Below are positions 17,850 to 20,000 of a stretch of 20,000 bases of DNA, one piece after another. Location: IMG/VR virus record IMGVR_UViG_3300002220_000874. One strand, given 5' to 3'. The DNA is from an uncultured virus (IMG/VR IMGVR_UViG_3300002220_000874). Its lineage: Duplodnaviria > Heunggongvirae > Uroviricota > Caudoviricetes > Crassvirales. Each line of letters starts with the position of its first letter. Within the stretch, counting starts at the first letter, position 1. The position numbers and the translations under genes are program-made. The notes beneath the pieces are model-generated. The model made no database searches, was not told where the DNA came from, and saw only the letters and a program-made list of their open reading frames with translations.

Positions 17850-19753
17850 TGAGTAAGCACTTAACACAACCGATACTATTAACTAGTCCTAACCCCCTTG
17901 ATATTCGTCAAGGGGTTTACACGACTACAGCAGAAGCTATTGCGAGTGTTCCTAAGCATATTAGACATTTAGGTCTAACGGTGTATGTTATGTCACCCAT
18001 GGGAATAGTAGAATATTGGTGGAAAAGTGGAGTTAATGATGAAGATTTAGTTGCAAAAAGTAATCAAGTTCAAACAACAGAAGGAAGTTGGGGTGCATTA
18101 TATTTAAGTTCTAATGTTATAGATTTACCTAATATTTATGCTAGTTTATTTTCTCTTAATAATACTGTTCCTCCTGCTTATCCGTTATGGGCTGACCGTA
18201 GTAAAAATCATTATCTGTTTATAGTTAAAGTTTTAATTAATGATTTAATTGTAACTAATATTATACCTCCGCACGATAGAGAATTTATGATATTATTTTG
18301 GACTGATATTCCTGGTGTAAATAAAATTACACTTAAACATTCAGCAGTAAATCAAGTAATTCAATTAGATACCTGTGGTATAGATAATGTATTTGAATTA
18401 AATGTTTGGAACTCTAATTGGTTTATAGGTAAAAAGAATATAGCAGGATATATTAGACAAATTAATTCTCATTCTACTTATAAACCTGCAATGGGAAGTG
18501 GAGAGATTAATACAACAGATGTGTTAAGATTTGTTGAATATTTACCTCCTGTTGAAGAAGCTGAAGCAAATATTTTATATGTTGTTACTTCTTATTCTCC
18601 TAATCCTACTTTTAGGTGGAACACTAACTTAGCGACATATACTAGAGTTGGTGAAAAAGAAACAACTAATACAATGTTTAGTGTAAGAGCTGTTGCTACA
18701 TCTAATGTTAATATTAATGAAGTTGAACAAATAGATGGAATAGTTTTAACTAATACACTTGGACATTATTATTTATTAACTGCTCAAAACACATCAAGTC
18801 AAAACGGTATATGGGAAGTTGAGTCAGTAGGATTAAGAGGTGCTAAGCTAAGAAGAGTTAGTTCATTCTTTCCTGATGTTTATTCCTATGTTGGTATATT
18901 CTTTAAAGTTGCTAATGGTAATGTATTTAAAAATTCATTGTGGTTATCTGATACAAGGAATTGGATAAATCATATTGCTAATAGATTTCATTTAGGTAAT
19001 CAATCTTTATTAACTGCTGTTGCTCCGACTATATATTATATGATATATAAAGAACAAGAAGTAATTGTTCCATCTCTTTCATTAAATGATTTACAAGATG
19101 TAATAGATAATGGAGTAAGAGGTTCTATGTTGATTAAGGCTGCTGATGAATGGATTACTACTAATGGTATTCATAGTGCTAGAAATGGAGTAGTTGTTCA
19201 TAGACCAGGCGGAACTATTGAATGGGCACAAACATTAGATACTCATATTCGTAGATATTTATGTATTGATGAGAATGGTACACTAGGATTTAGACGACAA
19301 CTTGAGCCAACTATTGTTTATGTAGATGAAACAAACTTCTTAACAATAGATACACTAAATAAGATAAAAAGACAGAGAGCAACAAATGGAAATAAACCTA
19401 ATATAGGTCAACCTACTGTATCAAGATATACTCTTTTACCATCTGAAGATGGATGGACGTATAGATTTGTAATTGATGGAATTGATACAGCTAATCCTCC
19501 ACTAGGTGTAGCTACTACAGTAGGAGGAGTTATAGTATTAGCAATTCATAATAATTCAGCATACAATTTTAAATTTGAAATATTAACACAAGATCTTGTT
19601 AACTTAGGTCTAATTTGTGATTGGGCTGAAGGAAGTATGTTAGAAACTATTGAAGCTGGTTCTAGGTATAAATTATATCTTAGTCGTGATGGTAATAATG
19701 CTAATGAAGTAACTATTTCTCATCACAGAAGTTTTAAATATAACGAAATATGA
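17849..19753 (+). CDS. Putative mosaic tail fibre protein 3
   Basis: N-terminal PNPLDIRQG...RHLGLTVYV...EYWW module. Internal SVRAVATSNV...QIDGI...LLTAQNTSSQNGIW motif and LNDLQDV motif are both common in phage tail fibres. Confidence 0.65.
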   Translation: MSKHLTQPILLTSPNPLDIRQGVYTTTAEAIASVPKHIRHLGLTVYVMSPMGIVEYWWKSGVNDEDLVAKSNQVQTTEGSWGALYLSSNVIDLPNIYASLFSLNNTVPPAYPLWADRSKNHYLFIVKVLINDLIVTNIIPPHDREFMILFWTDIPGVNKITLKHSAVNQVIQLDTCGIDNVFELNVWNSNWFIGKKNIAGYIRQINSHSTYKPAMGSGEINTTDVLRFVEYLPPVEEAEANILYVVTSYSPNPTFRWNTNLATYTRVGEKETTNTMFSVRAVATSNVNINEVEQIDGIVLTNTLGHYYLLTAQNTSSQNGIWEVESVGLRGAKLRRVSSFFPDVYSYVGIFFKVANGNVFKNSLWLSDTRNWINHIANRFHLGNQSLLTAVAPTIYYMIYKEQEVIVPSLSLNDLQDVIDNGVRGSMLIKAADEWITTNGIHSARNGVVVHRPGGTIEWAQTLDTHIRRYLCIDENGTLGFRRQLEPTIVYVDETNFLTIDTLNKIKRQRATNGNKPNIGQPTVSRYTLLPSEDGWTYRFVIDGIDTANPPLGVATTVGGVIVLAIHNNSAYNFKFEILTQDLVNLGLICDWAEGSMLETIEAGSRYKLYLSRDGNNANEVTISHHRSFKYNEI

Positions 19754-20000
19754 TAATCACTCATCCTGCTCATTATAGTAAAGTAGTTCATTCAATTGAT
19801 TCTGAGTCAGATATTAATTGGAATTATGGTTTATTATATAATAAAGCAGTAATAAATTGTGAATTATATAATAGGTCTGAACATAGATTAGCTCCTGTTG
19901 GTTGGTCTGTTGGTACATTTGCTATGTGGGAAGAGTTACGTTATCGCTCTCGTAAAAGTGGATTAATTACACTATCATCATCTAATGTAGGAAAGTATCT
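19750..20000 (+). CDS. 3'-truncated protein with a Fibrobacter succinogenes major paralogous domain (Fib_succ_major/FISUMP)-like motif
   Basis: Not in the ORF track. ATG at 19750 overlaps the upstream stop (ATGA) and the frame is open to the window end: MIITHPAHYSKVVHSIDSESDINWNYGLLYNKAVINCELYNRSEHRLAPVGWSVGTFAMWEELRYRSRK..., resembling the YGxLYN...CPxGWxxPxxxEWxxL pattern. Confidence 0.7.
   Translation, partial: MIITHPAHYSKVVHSIDSESDINWNYGLLYNKAVINCELYNRSEHRLAPVGWSVGTFAMWEELRYRSRKSGLITLSSSNVGKY

Overview
AT-rich (roughly 30% GC by eye), gene-dense, entirely + strand segment of a tailed bacteriophage that looks crAss-like (Crassvirales), probably infecting Bacteroidota. It uses the standard genetic code. 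Gene order: 5'-truncated PD-(D/E)XK nuclease; a putative lysis cassette (YkuD/L,D-peptidase-like enzyme plus two overlapping membrane-anchored, spanin-like genes); a conserved pre-terminase gene; terminase large subunit; portal; acidic scaffold-like protein; major capsid protein; post-capsid conserved protein; ring/adaptor protein; auxiliary capsid protein; an intrinsic terminator; a tail hub/fibre cluster with shuffled paralogous modules; and the start of a Fib_succ_major (FISUMP)-like gene running off the 3' end, which the ORF track missed. The most interesting points are the non-canonical lysis cassette, the FISUMP-like gene as a possible DGR target, the modular fibre paralogues, and an inverted repeat upstream of the capsid operon. 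All family assignments come from motif recognition and synteny, not database searches.
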